Positions 11,662 through 22,410 of a stretch of DNA of 64,000 nucleotides are shown here, piece by piece. How positions within the stretch are numbered: position 1 is the first letter of the stretch; each line of letters begins with the position of its first letter. Both the position numbers and the translations under genes were made by a program. Source of the stretch: Bifidobacterium breve (GTDB taxonomy: Bacteria; Actinomycetota; Actinomycetes; Nanopelagicales; Nanopelagicaceae); assembly GCA_945883725.1 (NCBI GenBank), contig CAMCXZ010000004.1, forward strand, positions 3,669-67,668, given 5' to 3'. Under the pieces are notes generated by a model. That model made no database searches, was not told the origin of the DNA, and was given only the letters and a program-made list of their open reading frames with translations.

Positions 11662-12416
11662 CTCAAAGCCAACAGCTTCTATATACGGTGCATGATTCGA
11701 TCGCCACTATTACAATAAATCGCCCAAAAGTTCGAAATGCGCTCAATCTTGAAGTAAGAGAAGGAATTCGACAGAGAGTTGCCGAATTTAATAAAGATCC
11801 GAATGCGCGGGTCCTAATTGTTACAGGTTCAGAAGATTTAGCTTTTAGCGCTGGCGCTGACCTTAAAGAGATGTCAGAGACTGGACTTCGATACCCACCA
11901 AAAGATTTTATTCCGGAATTTATTACCGATAAGCCAGTGATTGCAGCCGTTAACGGCATTGCTTGGGGAGGTGGATTCCTGCTTGCGCAACAAGCTGACT
12001 TAGTAATCGCGGCTGAGCATGCGACCTTTGGAATCACTGAGGCTTTGTATGGTCGCGGATCACCTTGGGCTGCGCCACTTCCCTTATTGATTCCACCAAA
12101 AGTTGCGATGGAAATTATTGTTACAGCTAAGCCAATTACAGCTACGAGAGCTCTGGAGGTCGGACTGGTCAATTCTGTCGTGCCGCTTGATCAATTATCT
12201 ATGCGCACTCTCGAGATGGCTAACTTAATTGTTCAGAATGCACCACTAACGGTAGCGGCTGGAAAGAAAATGCTTAATGCCATCTCTTCCTCGTTACTTA
12301 AAGGCCTAGAACAAGAGATTATTGATATCTGGACGCCCGTTTATGAAAGCAAGGATGCACAAGAAGGACCACTGGCATTCCTAGAAAAACGTAAACCAGA
12401 GTGGAAGAATTGCTAA
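11658..12416 (+). CDS. Enoyl-CoA hydratase/isomerase (crotonase)
   Basis: INRPKVRNAL, FSAGADLKE, KPVIAAVNGIAWGGG. Confidence 0.9.
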   Translation: MTQSQQLLYTVHDSIATITINRPKVRNALNLEVREGIRQRVAEFNKDPNARVLIVTGSEDLAFSAGADLKEMSETGLRYPPKDFIPEFITDKPVIAAVNGIAWGGGFLLAQQADLVIAAEHATFGITEALYGRGSPWAAPLPLLIPPKVAMEIIVTAKPITATRALEVGLVNSVVPLDQLSMRTLEMANLIVQNAPLTVAAGKKMLNAISSSLLKGLEQEIIDIWTPVYESKDAQEGPLAFLEKRKPEWKNC

Positions 12417-12423
12417 CCTAGAA

Positions 12424-14361
12424 TCAAATCGAGGTAGCGATTCGGTACCCGTCTGAGATTGCATGATTTAACCGCCTAGGAGTTACGCAGTCACCAATGC
12501 TACTTCGCACCAACTTTTCGTTAGAAGTCATATTCAGATAAAGGTAATCGTCTGCAGTTCTTCCGCTATGCCAAACTAGAAGGTCTGCGTCGATCTCGAA
12601 TTCATGTGGTGAAACTATCTGCGAAACTTGAACCTTATTAAGATTTGCTGAGATAATTTTATGATGCGGAAGCAATTTAACATTTTTCTCGCTAAACCTT
12701 GCAAATAACGGGCCAATGCTATCCATGGGCAATCGGCCCGCAAGCCCCGAAAGTGGAGTTATCAAAGTTGTATCGATACCAAGCTGTGAAAGTTTTTCAA
12801 CTGCGTTATAAGCTGGCCAAAAGCCATCTGACTCATCAAATACAACTGCGCTTCTAACCAGGGATAGATCTAATCCCTTCAAAACATCGTCCACAGTGAC
12901 TGTATTTGAATGTCCAGGCATCACTTTTCTTACGACATTTGAACCGGTTGCGAAGACAATTACGTCACAATCCTTTTCAATCTCTTCTAAATCTGACAGA
13001 GATATATCTACGCCTAAATGGATTACCCCGCCGAGCCTGGCAATCTCTCTCTTTTGAAAATCTACAACATCTAGAATTGAAGATCTAAAAGGCGCAAGAC
13101 TTGCGGTCAAAAGTTGTCCGCCCAGAATGGTGTTCTTCTCAAAAAGTGTTACTTGATGACCACGTCCAAGTGCCACGCGCGCTGCCTCAAGACCAGCTGG
13201 CCCACCACCAATAATCGTGACTTTCTTTTTTGCTTCAGCATGTTCTTTATGACTTCTATTTATGGGACGCCCAATTTCAGCATTAATTGTGCAGCGCAAA
13301 TGAGGATCCAGCATTCGGCAGTCCTGATTTAAGCCAATGCATGTTCGAATCTCACTTTGTCTACCTTCGGCAGCCTTTTTTGGAAGTTCTGGGTCAGCAA
13401 GTAGCGCCCTTGTCATGCCAATTAAATCTGCGTGACCATTCCTTAGAATATCTTCTCCCAAAAATGGGTCACGAATTCGCTGAGCAACCAACATCGGCAG
13501 ACCGCTGGCAGCCTTAATTTTTGAGGCGGATTCAATGGCAACACCATCTGGATTTGATGCATCCTTGACATAGGTTCCCCGAGTGCCATGCGTAATACTT
13601 AGATAATTTACATCAACTCGCTCCGAAAGACTGATTGCAATCTCAACACTTTGTTCGGTATCAAGACCGTTTGGAATCTCTTCTTCTGCGCTCAAGCGGA
13701 CGCCAAGTACAAAGTCTTTCGAACAATTTGCCTTAACGGCATCAAGAATTAAGTGGAGAAATCTCATTCGGTTTTCTAGCGATCCGCCAAATGAGTCAGT
13801 TCGAAAATTTGTAGCCGGGGATAGGAATTGCGATACTAGATATCCATGAGCAGCATGAATTTCAACCCCATCATGTCCACTTATTTCCATATTACGAGCA
13901 GATTTAGCAAAACCATCGATTACTTGCTCGATATCTTTGGCAGACATCACATGCGGAGGATAGGGATCACGGACAGTTTTGACTGCAGAAGGAGCTAAAG
14001 GCGCTTCGTCTGACTCGCCACCAATTAACTCTCTGCCTAAGTGAAACAACTGACAAATAAGCGCGGCACCTTCTTTGTGTACGGCAGCTGATCTCTCGTG
14101 TAGCCCTGGTAGCACATCATCGTTATACGCTTCAACTAATCTCTTGTTTCGTAGAGACGATGAGGCATGAACAACAGTGCCACCAGAAATTATTAAACCA
14201 ACGCCACCTTCAGCAAGTCGAATGTGATGTTCTAAGTCAGATTGATTAGTTAATCCACCAATTGCCATGTGAGTTCCATGGGGGGATGAGACCAATCGAT
14301 TTTTAAGTGTCAAACTCCCCAATTTGAAAGGGGAAAAAAGCAACGGAAATTCATTACTCAT
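12424..14361 (-). CDS. NADH:flavin oxidoreductase (OYE/2,4-dienoyl-CoA reductase-like, with FAD domain)
   Basis: DGVEIHAAHGYLVSQFLSPATNFRTD; CIGLNQDC; IIGGGPAGLEAA. Confidence 0.9.
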   Translation of the reverse strand: MSNEFPLLFSPFKLGSLTLKNRLVSSPHGTHMAIGGLTNQSDLEHHIRLAEGGVGLIISGGTVVHASSSLRNKRLVEAYNDDVLPGLHERSAAVHKEGAALICQLFHLGRELIGGESDEAPLAPSAVKTVRDPYPPHVMSAKDIEQVIDGFAKSARNMEISGHDGVEIHAAHGYLVSQFLSPATNFRTDSFGGSLENRMRFLHLILDAVKANCSKDFVLGVRLSAEEEIPNGLDTEQSVEIAISLSERVDVNYLSITHGTRGTYVKDASNPDGVAIESASKIKAASGLPMLVAQRIRDPFLGEDILRNGHADLIGMTRALLADPELPKKAAEGRQSEIRTCIGLNQDCRMLDPHLRCTINAEIGRPINRSHKEHAEAKKKVTIIGGGPAGLEAARVALGRGHQVTLFEKNTILGGQLLTASLAPFRSSILDVVDFQKREIARLGGVIHLGVDISLSDLEEIEKDCDVIVFATGSNVVRKVMPGHSNTVTVDDVLKGLDLSLVRSAVVFDESDGFWPAYNAVEKLSQLGIDTTLITPLSGLAGRLPMDSIGPLFARFSEKNVKLLPHHKIISANLNKVQVSQIVSPHEFEIDADLLVWHSGRTADDYLYLNMTSNEKLVRSSIGDCVTPRRLNHAISDGYRIATSI

Positions 14362-15028
14362 GGTTGGCGATGTTTAATTTAGAGACTTCCAAGAGGCGCG
14401 AGCGACTTCCGAGTCCACCAATAACAATGTCAGAAAAATCTGCTCCAATATCTTCAGCGGACTTTGAACGAGTTGGGTCAAACCAGTTATAAGCCCAAAT
14501 GCACATTCCATAAACAGCTAGAGCAGCTGAATGAGGGTCATGGTTGGGGCTAAAAGTACCTTCCACCTGGCCGCGCTTGATAACTGATTCAAATAAGTGA
14601 CGAATTTCAGTTTTTATGTTTTCGATTTTTAGGGTGACCTCTGGTGCGATTATGCGCCCAGTTTCCAAAAGGACAACAACCTCTGCTCGGAAATCTCTGA
14701 TCTGATGGAACATCTCAATCATCATTTCTCTAAGCACTACATCTGCCGGTTCTTCTTTTGAAGTAATTTGTGAAAAACGCTCATAAGCGTATTCAACATA
14801 ATTTGAATGCAAGAAAGTTAAACAATCTTCCTTAGAGGAGAAATAATGGTAAAAAGCACCTTTAGTCAGGTTGCAGTCACTAATAATGTCAGTGATTCTC
14901 ACAGATGCGAATCCATATTTAGAAAACAAGTACGAGGCACTTTCGCTAATTCTCTTTTTTGTTGCCAACGCTTCAGCTCTTCGCCGATTTATTTCTGTTT
15001 CTTGCTCTACGAGTTTGAATTTAGGCAC
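14354..15028 (-). CDS. TetR family regulator (KstR2-like C-terminal domain)
   Basis: HTH LTKGAFYHYFSSKE; GMCIWAYNWFDP. Confidence 0.9.
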   Translation of the reverse strand: MPKFKLVEQETEINRRRAEALATKKRISESASYLFSKYGFASVRITDIISDCNLTKGAFYHYFSSKEDCLTFLHSNYVEYAYERFSQITSKEEPADVVLREMMIEMFHQIRDFRAEVVVLLETGRIIAPEVTLKIENIKTEIRHLFESVIKRGQVEGTFSPNHDPHSAALAVYGMCIWAYNWFDPTRSKSAEDIGADFSDIVIGGLGSRSRLLEVSKLNIANHE

Positions 15029-15062
15029 TTGCTCTCCTCTCCTAGTGATCTAAATTTAACAG

Positions 15063-16754
15063 TTAACGAATTTCTTTCAATAGTAGTTCCAAATTTTCTT
15101 CTTTGAAATCAGTTCTAACTGCGTTTCGAACTACTCCACGCCTAATTTTGCCCAAGGATGTCCGAGGAAGTTCGGCAACAGACATTAAAACTTCAGGCCA
15201 TTTGTACTTAGCCACCTCTGCGCTGGCAAGAATTTCCAAAATTTGCTCAAAAGAGCAGTTAGTAGAGGACCCTTCAAATACCATGCCAACTCGTTCTCCT
15301 AATCGCTCATCAGGGACTCCAACGATGATAAACGGAGGTATTTTTGGGTTCCTCATAATTATCTGTTCAATTTCTTGAGGAGCAATATTTTCTCCGCCTC
15401 TGATAATGATCTCTTTCTTGCGGTCAACTACTTTTATAAACCCTTCCGAATCCAAAGTTATAATGTCTCCAGTTAATTGCCATCCACCTACATAACTTCT
15501 GACAGTTTCATCAGGATGAGTGAAGTAACCACCTACGGCAGAAGGTCCTCTTACGGCCATTTCTCCCGGTTGCCCAAGCGGAAGTTTTTCCTGATTATCG
15601 TCCCAAACTTCTATTTCACACCCAGGCAATAAACGTCCATCATTATTTCGGCGCTTTTCGATTGGATCATTTACTCTCGTAATCGTCGACATAAAGTGCT
15701 CGCTCATCCCAAAACCACGCAAAACTACGCCAGGCAATTTGGACTCTGAACGAATGATGAACTCACTCGACATTCCAGATCCGCCAACAGTCCAGAGCCT
15801 GAAGCTAGCTAGTAACTCGCGCTCCTGATCGGGCAAATTCATTAAGTCAACTAGAAAAGTCGGAGTTAGAAGTGTGTATCTACATTTAAACTTAAAAATT
15901 TGCTTCGCGGCAAACGAAACATCCCATTTGTCCATGAGTACTAAAGGTGCGCCAATAATCATGGCGGTTCGAAGGCCCCACTGTGCTCCTCCGACATGTC
16001 CAAGTGTTGCTGGACAAAAAACTGAATCTTCGTAAGTTAATTCAAGTTCATTGATCCAGTTGTAGAGACTTGCCCCAGTTCCGTTGTAAGTGTGTGCAAT
16101 TCCTTTTGGCTCTCCCGTGGTTCCAGAACTAAACACTACAAGCTCAAAATCATCAGGTTTAGGCATATGAATTGGACTCATATCGGCAGTAACACTGATG
16201 CCTTGACTAATAAAAATTCGCCAACCGGGCCAATTATCCGAATCGCTAGAGAAAGACAAATTTGAATTGTCAGCATCAACCTCTACAACCAATACATTCT
16301 CATGTTTGCTTTTGTTTGAGGATTCGATCAGATCTTGAATTCCTGCGACATTTTTTCCCTTGGAAACCAAAATCATCTTTGAATCCGTCTTTTGCTGCGC
16401 ATAAAAAATATCATTCTTACCTTCGCGCGCACTTAACATCACAGAGACTAAACCCATTCGGCTAGCAGCTACATGTGCTAGGGCGTAATCAATTTCGTTT
16501 CGCATTGCAAAAACAACCGAATCTCCAACTAAAAGACCTTTAGATTTAAACCAACTAGTGGCCGCAATTACTGCATTGTTGAACTGTAGGTATGTTAATT
16601 GGTTACCACTTCCATCTGTTACGGCTAAACGAGATGGATGCTTTGAAGCATGTTTTTCGACGTGTAGGGCTAAGGGTGGTCGAGACCAATAACCAAGATC
16701 TTCATATTTCTTGCGTAAAAAATCTTCGACTATAGGTGGTTTAGCGAAAGTCAT
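15063..16754 (-). CDS. Acyl-CoA ligase (cyclohexanecarboxylate-CoA ligase-like)
   Basis: FSSGTTGEPKG, GFGMSE, DRKKEIIIRGGENI, YKWPE. Confidence 0.88.
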   Translation of the reverse strand: MTFAKPPIVEDFLRKKYEDLGYWSRPPLALHVEKHASKHPSRLAVTDGSGNQLTYLQFNNAVIAATSWFKSKGLLVGDSVVFAMRNEIDYALAHVAASRMGLVSVMLSAREGKNDIFYAQQKTDSKMILVSKGKNVAGIQDLIESSNKSKHENVLVVEVDADNSNLSFSSDSDNWPGWRIFISQGISVTADMSPIHMPKPDDFELVVFSSGTTGEPKGIAHTYNGTGASLYNWINELELTYEDSVFCPATLGHVGGAQWGLRTAMIIGAPLVLMDKWDVSFAAKQIFKFKCRYTLLTPTFLVDLMNLPDQERELLASFRLWTVGGSGMSSEFIIRSESKLPGVVLRGFGMSEHFMSTITRVNDPIEKRRNNDGRLLPGCEIEVWDDNQEKLPLGQPGEMAVRGPSAVGGYFTHPDETVRSYVGGWQLTGDIITLDSEGFIKVVDRKKEIIIRGGENIAPQEIEQIIMRNPKIPPFIIVGVPDERLGERVGMVFEGSSTNCSFEQILEILASAEVAKYKWPEVLMSVAELPRTSLGKIRRGVVRNAVRTDFKEENLELLLKEIR

Positions 16755-16772
16755 ATTTTTTGTCCTACCAAG

Positions 16773-17531
16773 TCACGCTAGAAATCCACCGTCAACGGCG
16801 ATATCTATGCCTGTTACAAAGCCTGATTCAGGGGAGATCAAATATTTCACAGCACCGGCAACTTCATTTGGATGCGCGAAACGACGTTGGGGAGTGCGGC
16901 TCATAATGAATTCGTAGCCCTTAGAACCTTCGGTAACTCCTGAAGTCATCTCTGTCGAGATTGCTCCAGGTGAGACAGAGTTGACGCGGATGCCATGTCT
17001 AGCCCATTCCACTGCTAACGCTTTAGTCAAACCTAAAATTGATGCTTTGCTAGCGCAGTAAGCAGCCATTCTTGATATCCCTCTGTGCGCATCAACCGAT
17101 GCGATATTTACAATACTTCCACCGCCGGTTTCGCGCATAAGGCGAAAAGCACCCATGCATGAGAAGTAAGCAGATGTGACATTTACTTGAAATAGATCAT
17201 TGAAACCCTGGTACGAGACTTCTTCAGCTAATCCTGTCATCTCAATTCCAGCATTATTGACAAGACCTACGATTTTCTTAGATTTATCTAACTCAACCCA
17301 AAATTTCTCACTTGCATCATTGTCTCTTAAGTCCACGAAATGAGCTTCGAACTGTCCAATCTTCTGTAATTCTGTTGCTGTATTTTTAAAAACTTCAGTT
17401 TGACGAGAGATACCAAGAACTCCGTATCCACTACGAAGCAACTCCTCGCAGATACTTTTTCCAATTCCTCGGCTTGCTCCCGTGACTACAACCCACCCCA
17501 ACTTAGATTCAGATGTACCTGACTCTGTCAT
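16773..17531 (-). CDS. SDR oxidoreductase
   Basis: TGASRGIG, NNAG, YCASK. Confidence 0.92.
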   Translation of the reverse strand: MTESGTSESKLGWVVVTGASRGIGKSICEELLRSGYGVLGISRQTEVFKNTATELQKIGQFEAHFVDLRDNDASEKFWVELDKSKKIVGLVNNAGIEMTGLAEEVSYQGFNDLFQVNVTSAYFSCMGAFRLMRETGGGSIVNIASVDAHRGISRMAAYCASKASILGLTKALAVEWARHGIRVNSVSPGAISTEMTSGVTEGSKGYEFIMSRTPQRRFAHPNEVAGAVKYLISPESGFVTGIDIAVDGGFLA

Positions 17532-18946
17532 TTTTTATCTACACCTTCTTGAATTGAGACGGGAGGTAGAACTTTTCCAGAATTTAAAATTCCTTTTGGA
17601 TCAAATGCAGTCTTTACAGCTCTCATTAAATCCACTGCATAGCCATGCTCTAAGCGGAGAAAGTGAGTCTTAGACGCGCCAATTCCATGTTCACCTGTAA
17701 TAGTTCCTTCGGCATCGATCGCTAACTTAACAATGTTCATCTCAGCCCGCAAGGTCTTTTCCCAGATTTCTTCATTTCTGGAATCACTTGCAATAAGCAC
17801 ATGTAAATTGCCATCTCCGGCATGCCCAAATACATAACCAGACAAGTTTTCTTGATCAAGAATTTTGTATACATTGACAACTGTTGAGCCAAATGCCGAG
17901 AGAGGAACTGCAATATCGAGAAGTTTTAGAGTTTTCATGCCAGAAGCACGAACAATGTCCCACCCAACTACTTTTCTAGCTTTCATTACTTGCTTAAATT
18001 CGTTTTGATCAATTTGTATTTGGCTTCCACCCAAAGAATGAGCTAATTCAGCAATTCCTTGGATTTCTTTCTCAACAGATTCTGCGTCATTACCATCACA
18101 TTCAATCAATAGAACGGCGCCTGAAACACTTGGCAAAGGACTATGGTCAGATAGAACGGCTACTACGCGTTGATCTAGCAGCTCAATAGTGCAGGGCAAA
18201 AATCCTGATCCGAGACAAGGTTGAACAAAATGAGATGCTTCTTCAACGCCTTTAAACTGTAAAACAATTCCAGCACTATCTGAAGGAGTTGGAATAACTT
18301 TAAGAACAGCAGCGGTAATGATACAAAGAGTTCCTTCAGAGCCAACAACTAGATCAAGCAGGTCATACCCAGAAGATGTCTTGGTCGCTCTAGTGCCCAA
18401 CTTAGTAATTGTGCCGTCTGCAAGAACAACCTCAAGTTGTTTTACGTAATCTCTGGTGACTCCATACTTGACGGCGCGGCTACCACTGGAGTTATTGCTG
18501 ATCATTCCGCCAATGGTTGCGGGCGCACCAGGATTTGGTGGAAAAAATACACCAAGTTCTCTTAACTTCTTATCCAAATCTTGTTGTAGCACACCAACTT
18601 CTACTTCAACTTGGAAGTCATTGATTAGCGTTCTTCTTATCTTATTTAATCCCCGTAGGTCGATGGTGATACCGCCATGAAAAGCCAAACTCTGGCCTTC
18701 AAGTGATGTTCCAGCGCCCCAAGGTGTTACGGGAATATCGTTTTCAAATGCAAATTTCAGTATTTTAGAAACTTCAATAGTTGACTTAGGCATTACAACT
18801 ATATCCGGGCGTAAATCTTTACCCATGCGGGCATAACCTTCGTCTTTTCCGTAAGCATCTCGCCCTTGGCCTACCTCAAATTCAAGGCCTGGAATGACCT
18901 CTCGCAAAGAGGTTTCTAAAGAATTACTAATCACTACCGAATCCAC
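17528..18946 (-). CDS. FAD-linked oxidase (GlcD/D-2-hydroxyacid dehydrogenase family)
   Basis: GAGTSLEG, GSEGTL, GHAGDGNLH, ITGEHGIG, FDPKGILN. Confidence 0.92.
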   Translation of the reverse strand: MDSVVISNSLETSLREVIPGLEFEVGQGRDAYGKDEGYARMGKDLRPDIVVMPKSTIEVSKILKFAFENDIPVTPWGAGTSLEGQSLAFHGGITIDLRGLNKIRRTLINDFQVEVEVGVLQQDLDKKLRELGVFFPPNPGAPATIGGMISNNSSGSRAVKYGVTRDYVKQLEVVLADGTITKLGTRATKTSSGYDLLDLVVGSEGTLCIITAAVLKVIPTPSDSAGIVLQFKGVEEASHFVQPCLGSGFLPCTIELLDQRVVAVLSDHSPLPSVSGAVLLIECDGNDAESVEKEIQGIAELAHSLGGSQIQIDQNEFKQVMKARKVVGWDIVRASGMKTLKLLDIAVPLSAFGSTVVNVYKILDQENLSGYVFGHAGDGNLHVLIASDSRNEEIWEKTLRAEMNIVKLAIDAEGTITGEHGIGASKTHFLRLEHGYAVDLMRAVKTAFDPKGILNSGKVLPPVSIQEGVDKK

Positions 18947-19682
18947 GTAAAATTGTCAGGATTTCATCCCCTGACATATCGTAGGCAGCCACATCCTGTT
19001 CTTGCGCAATTCCATCGAAATCATGTTCAGGACCAATCAGCATCTTCACCAGACGTGATGCCTCTCTTCGCTTATCTGATAATTGGACTGCGAAAGTATT
19101 AAGAGCCTCATCAAAACTCTCATCAGGGACACTCCAAAGAGCAAGCCCAATTCTTGCTGCCTCGGTGCCAGAAATTCGTCGACCGGTCAGAATTAAATCT
19201 TTTGCCCGCTGAGCCCCAATGCGGTTAACAATTGTTTCGGTTGCTCCACCACCAGGAATCAATCCGTGGTTTATATGTTGGTCACCAATTTTTGCATCAT
19301 CTGTAGCAACTAAGAAATCACAGCAAAGCGCAATTTCTAATCCGCCAGCTAGTGCTGCGCCTCGAACTGCCGCAATTGTAGGAACTGGAAAAGTAACCAA
19401 TCGTCTAGTCATCTCCATGAGCGGCTTAAACCATTGGTCACGAAGTGCCTCAGCGCCTATTTCAGCAAGAGTGCGTACTTGTTTAAGATCGCCTCCTGAA
19501 CAAAATGCTTTCGCATCACCGTGTAAAATCAACACACCAATATCTGTATCGCGACTCAACTGCCGCAACCTTGAATTCAGTTCAGCAATTAACTCAATAT
19601 TGTATGCATTTCGTTTATCTGGTCGATTAAATCCTAGATAAACGATAGCTCCATCTCGGCGCTCAATAAGTAGATCAGTCAT
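18927..19682 (-). CDS. Enoyl-CoA hydratase/isomerase
   Basis: NRPDKRNA, FCSGGDL, AGGLEIALCCD; start moved to the ATG next to the upstream stop. Confidence 0.88.
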   Translation of the reverse strand: MTDLLIERRDGAIVYLGFNRPDKRNAYNIELIAELNSRLRQLSRDTDIGVLILHGDAKAFCSGGDLKQVRTLAEIGAEALRDQWFKPLMEMTRRLVTFPVPTIAAVRGAALAGGLEIALCCDFLVATDDAKIGDQHINHGLIPGGGATETIVNRIGAQRAKDLILTGRRISGTEAARIGLALWSVPDESFDEALNTFAVQLSDKRREASRLVKMLIGPEHDFDGIAQEQDVAAYDMSGDEILTILRGFGSD

Positions 19683-19683
19683 T

Positions 19684-20457
19684 TTATAGGAACCCACCAT
19701 TTACAGAAAGAATTTGACCTGTGATCCAAGCAGAATCATTAGATGCAAGAAATGCTATTGCATTCGCCTGATCAATTCCCTCACCAATTCGACCAAGAGG
19801 ATACATTTTTACAATGCGCTCCTGATACTTATCTAACCACTCACTAGTGCTCGGAGTCGAAGTTGCGCTGGGGGAGACGCCATTAACGCGCACTCCTTTG
19901 CTGCCTAGCTCCCTTGAAATAGTTTTAGTCAGCGATGCTAACGCGGCCTTTCCGGCGCCGTACATAGCTAACTGCTTGTCGTAGCCGAGATAGGAATCCG
20001 AGATCACATTCACGACGCTGGAACCATTTGGCAGATCGAGCATTCCAGGAAGTAGAGCTTGTAAAACTCGAACATGTGCCACAAAATTTACTTCAATTAG
20101 CGGACGCCATTGAGATTCTTCCATCGTCAAGAACCACCCAGTTATGGGTCCTGGCGCTGCGATAGCAGCACAATTGATTAATACATCAGTCGTAGGAGAA
20201 ACTTTTCGTAAAGCTATTGCCATCTCTGAGACTTTTTCGCCACTAGTTAGATCCAATACGAAGGTTCTGTGACCAGCATCAGAAATCCCATTTAAGACTT
20301 TTAAAGCCGAGTCACAACGAGTGACATCCATATCAAGGATAGTTACAGTTCCACCCTCTCGGGCAAATAGAGAAGCAGTTTCTAGTCCAATTCCAGATGC
20401 GCCACCAGTTACAACGCACTCTTTGCCAGAGAATCTACCTTTGGTATTTACAGTCAT
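19684..20457 (-). CDS. SDR oxidoreductase (BadH-like)
   Basis: TGGASGIG, YGAGK, YPLGRIG; ATG at 20457 overlaps the citE-like stop. Confidence 0.88.
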   Translation of the reverse strand: MTVNTKGRFSGKECVVTGGASGIGLETASLFAREGGTVTILDMDVTRCDSALKVLNGISDAGHRTFVLDLTSGEKVSEMAIALRKVSPTTDVLINCAAIAAPGPITGWFLTMEESQWRPLIEVNFVAHVRVLQALLPGMLDLPNGSSVVNVISDSYLGYDKQLAMYGAGKAALASLTKTISRELGSKGVRVNGVSPSATSTPSTSEWLDKYQERIVKMYPLGRIGEGIDQANAIAFLASNDSAWITGQILSVNGGFL

Positions 20458-21389
20458 GCTACAACCCCGCCTCTTTTTGCATTTTCCTCTACCCACTTGG
20501 CACGTTTAATTAGTAGTTTGGCTTGGGCGATAACTGGTGGAGTAACTTCCATTCCTGCAATTCCTCCGACAGCAGCCATGCCACTTGCGGCAGAACTTGT
20601 TTCAAGCTCAACCATTTTATGAGCAACCTGGAGATCTTCTGGATCTGGCGTATAAGCACTTCGAATTCCCTCAACATGAGAAGGGTGCGCTGCTAGTTTG
20701 CCTGTGTAACCCAAGCGGGCAGTCAGGCTCGCATCGCGCTTAATATATTCATGATCTACCAATGTGAAGGCTGCACCATCAATGGCTTCAACTCCGGCGG
20801 ACTTTGCAGCCGTAATTACTTGGCTGCGAGAGTAGAGCAGTTCAGGTGAGATTTCAGCAAGTGAATCTTTATGACGTCGCATCAAACCTACCGATGCGCT
20901 GTAATCCTCTCGCCCAAAGAGAACTCCTCTGACTCGTGGATGGGCTGACGCAATATCTTCTGCTCTCATTACACCACGGGCAGTTTCGATCATCGCGATA
21001 ATTTTTAGTCCTACTTTTCGTCCAGCTGCCGCTTCTGCCGCCTCTAGAAACTTAACTACTTCTCTGACTTCATCGCCACTTTCAGTTTTTGGAATAACTA
21101 ATCCAGATGCTTCAGTTTGGACCAGCATCTCTATATCTGCTTTCCAGTATTCGCTACTTGGATGGTTAATTCTTGGATAAACAAGAACATCAATATCTGT
21201 GCACATAGTCCCGCTGAGGTCCTTCTTTAAAGAAGCTCTAGCCTGGTCTTTAGCATCTTGAGCGTAGGCAACTCCATCTTCCAAGCAAGGAATAATTACA
21301 TCGGGGCGGTACTTTAAGGATTTCTTAATTAGCCCAGTGTCTCCACCCGGCATCATCATCCAAATGATTCTCATGTCATCACTTTTCAT
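20454..21389 (-). CDS. CitE/HpcH family acyl-CoA lyase
   Basis: LEDGVA, PRIN, IPKTE, MIETARG, FGREDY. Confidence 0.9.
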   Translation of the reverse strand: MKSDDMRIIWMMMPGGDTGLIKKSLKYRPDVIIPCLEDGVAYAQDAKDQARASLKKDLSGTMCTDIDVLVYPRINHPSSEYWKADIEMLVQTEASGLVIPKTESGDEVREVVKFLEAAEAAAGRKVGLKIIAMIETARGVMRAEDIASAHPRVRGVLFGREDYSASVGLMRRHKDSLAEISPELLYSRSQVITAAKSAGVEAIDGAAFTLVDHEYIKRDASLTARLGYTGKLAAHPSHVEGIRSAYTPDPEDLQVAHKMVELETSSAASGMAAVGGIAGMEVTPPVIAQAKLLIKRAKWVEENAKRGGVVA

Positions 21390-21402
21390 ATTTCCCCCTT
21401 AG

Positions 21403-22248
21403 TTAGTCAATACCTAATAGCCCAGCGGCATTTCGGTAAAGAATTTTGTCGAGAACATCTTCTTTAACATCCATAGCGATAAAGTCATCAATCCAACGTT
21501 TAGGGCTAATAACCGGATAATCAGTTCCAAAAAGACATTTATCTTGCAGTAAAGACTTGGCATGACGGATTACATTCGCTGGAATGTATTTCGGTGACCA
21601 ACCCGACAGATCAAAATAAATATTTGACTTATGCATGGCCAGAGCTAGCAAATCTTCATGCCATGGCCAACCAGGGTGAGCGCAAATAATTTTTAGTTTA
21701 GGGAATGTGTTTGCCAAAATTTCATAATCTGGAAATGGCCGCGCGTGTGCCAAGCGGACGCCCCCGCCACCAGGTAGACCAGCGCCGTAGCCAGTGTGTC
21801 CAGCATGTGCAAGAACTACTAGTTCTTGTTCTTGAATCAAATCCCACATTGGGAAAAATCTTGGATCTGCTGGCGAAAAACCTTGGGCTGGTGGATGAAA
21901 TTTTACGCCTTTAAATCCATAGCTTGATTTGAAAAGCTCCAATTCAGTAATTGCCTTTTGGCCTTTCCATGGATCAACTGAACCAAATCCAATAAAAAAG
22001 TCTGGGTACTGTTTAACAATTTCTGCTACGTACTCATTGCGTGTGCGTGGCCGCGTACTATGGGTTTCGGCATCCCAAGCTAAAAGAACAGCCTTCTGTA
22101 CGCCCGCATCTGTAAAAGTTTTTTTCAAACTATCAAATGTTTCTAATTTCTTGCTTACCCCAAATGCATTCGCAAAAAAAGGGCCGCCACTTTCCGCTAA
22201 GTATTCAACTGTGGGCGGATGTACATGAACATCAATTGCGCGCATCAC
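21403..22248 (-). CDS. Amidohydrolase_2 family (beta-ketoacyl-CoA hydrolase CouO-like)
   Basis: IDVHVH, FGSVDP, AHPGWPW, DLSGWSPKY, FGTDYP. Confidence 0.85.
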   Translation of the reverse strand: MMRAIDVHVHPPTVEYLAESGGPFFANAFGVSKKLETFDSLKKTFTDAGVQKAVLLAWDAETHSTRPRTRNEYVAEIVKQYPDFFIGFGSVDPWKGQKAITELELFKSSYGFKGVKFHPPAQGFSPADPRFFPMWDLIQEQELVVLAHAGHTGYGAGLPGGGGVRLAHARPFPDYEILANTFPKLKIICAHPGWPWHEDLLALAMHKSNIYFDLSGWSPKYIPANVIRHAKSLLQDKCLFGTDYPVISPKRWIDDFIAMDVKEDVLDKILYRNAAGLLGID

Positions 22249-22410
22249 TCACCAATTCTTGCAAGTTGAGAAATAGAATTTTACATTTTTTGCTAACGTC
22301 ATTTTTACTTAATTCTCAAAACAAGTCAATGATTTATCAATAATAATAGGTATTAATCATCAATACTTAATCTGGCATACTAAAAACTAGATTTTGAATG
22401 TAAAAATATC

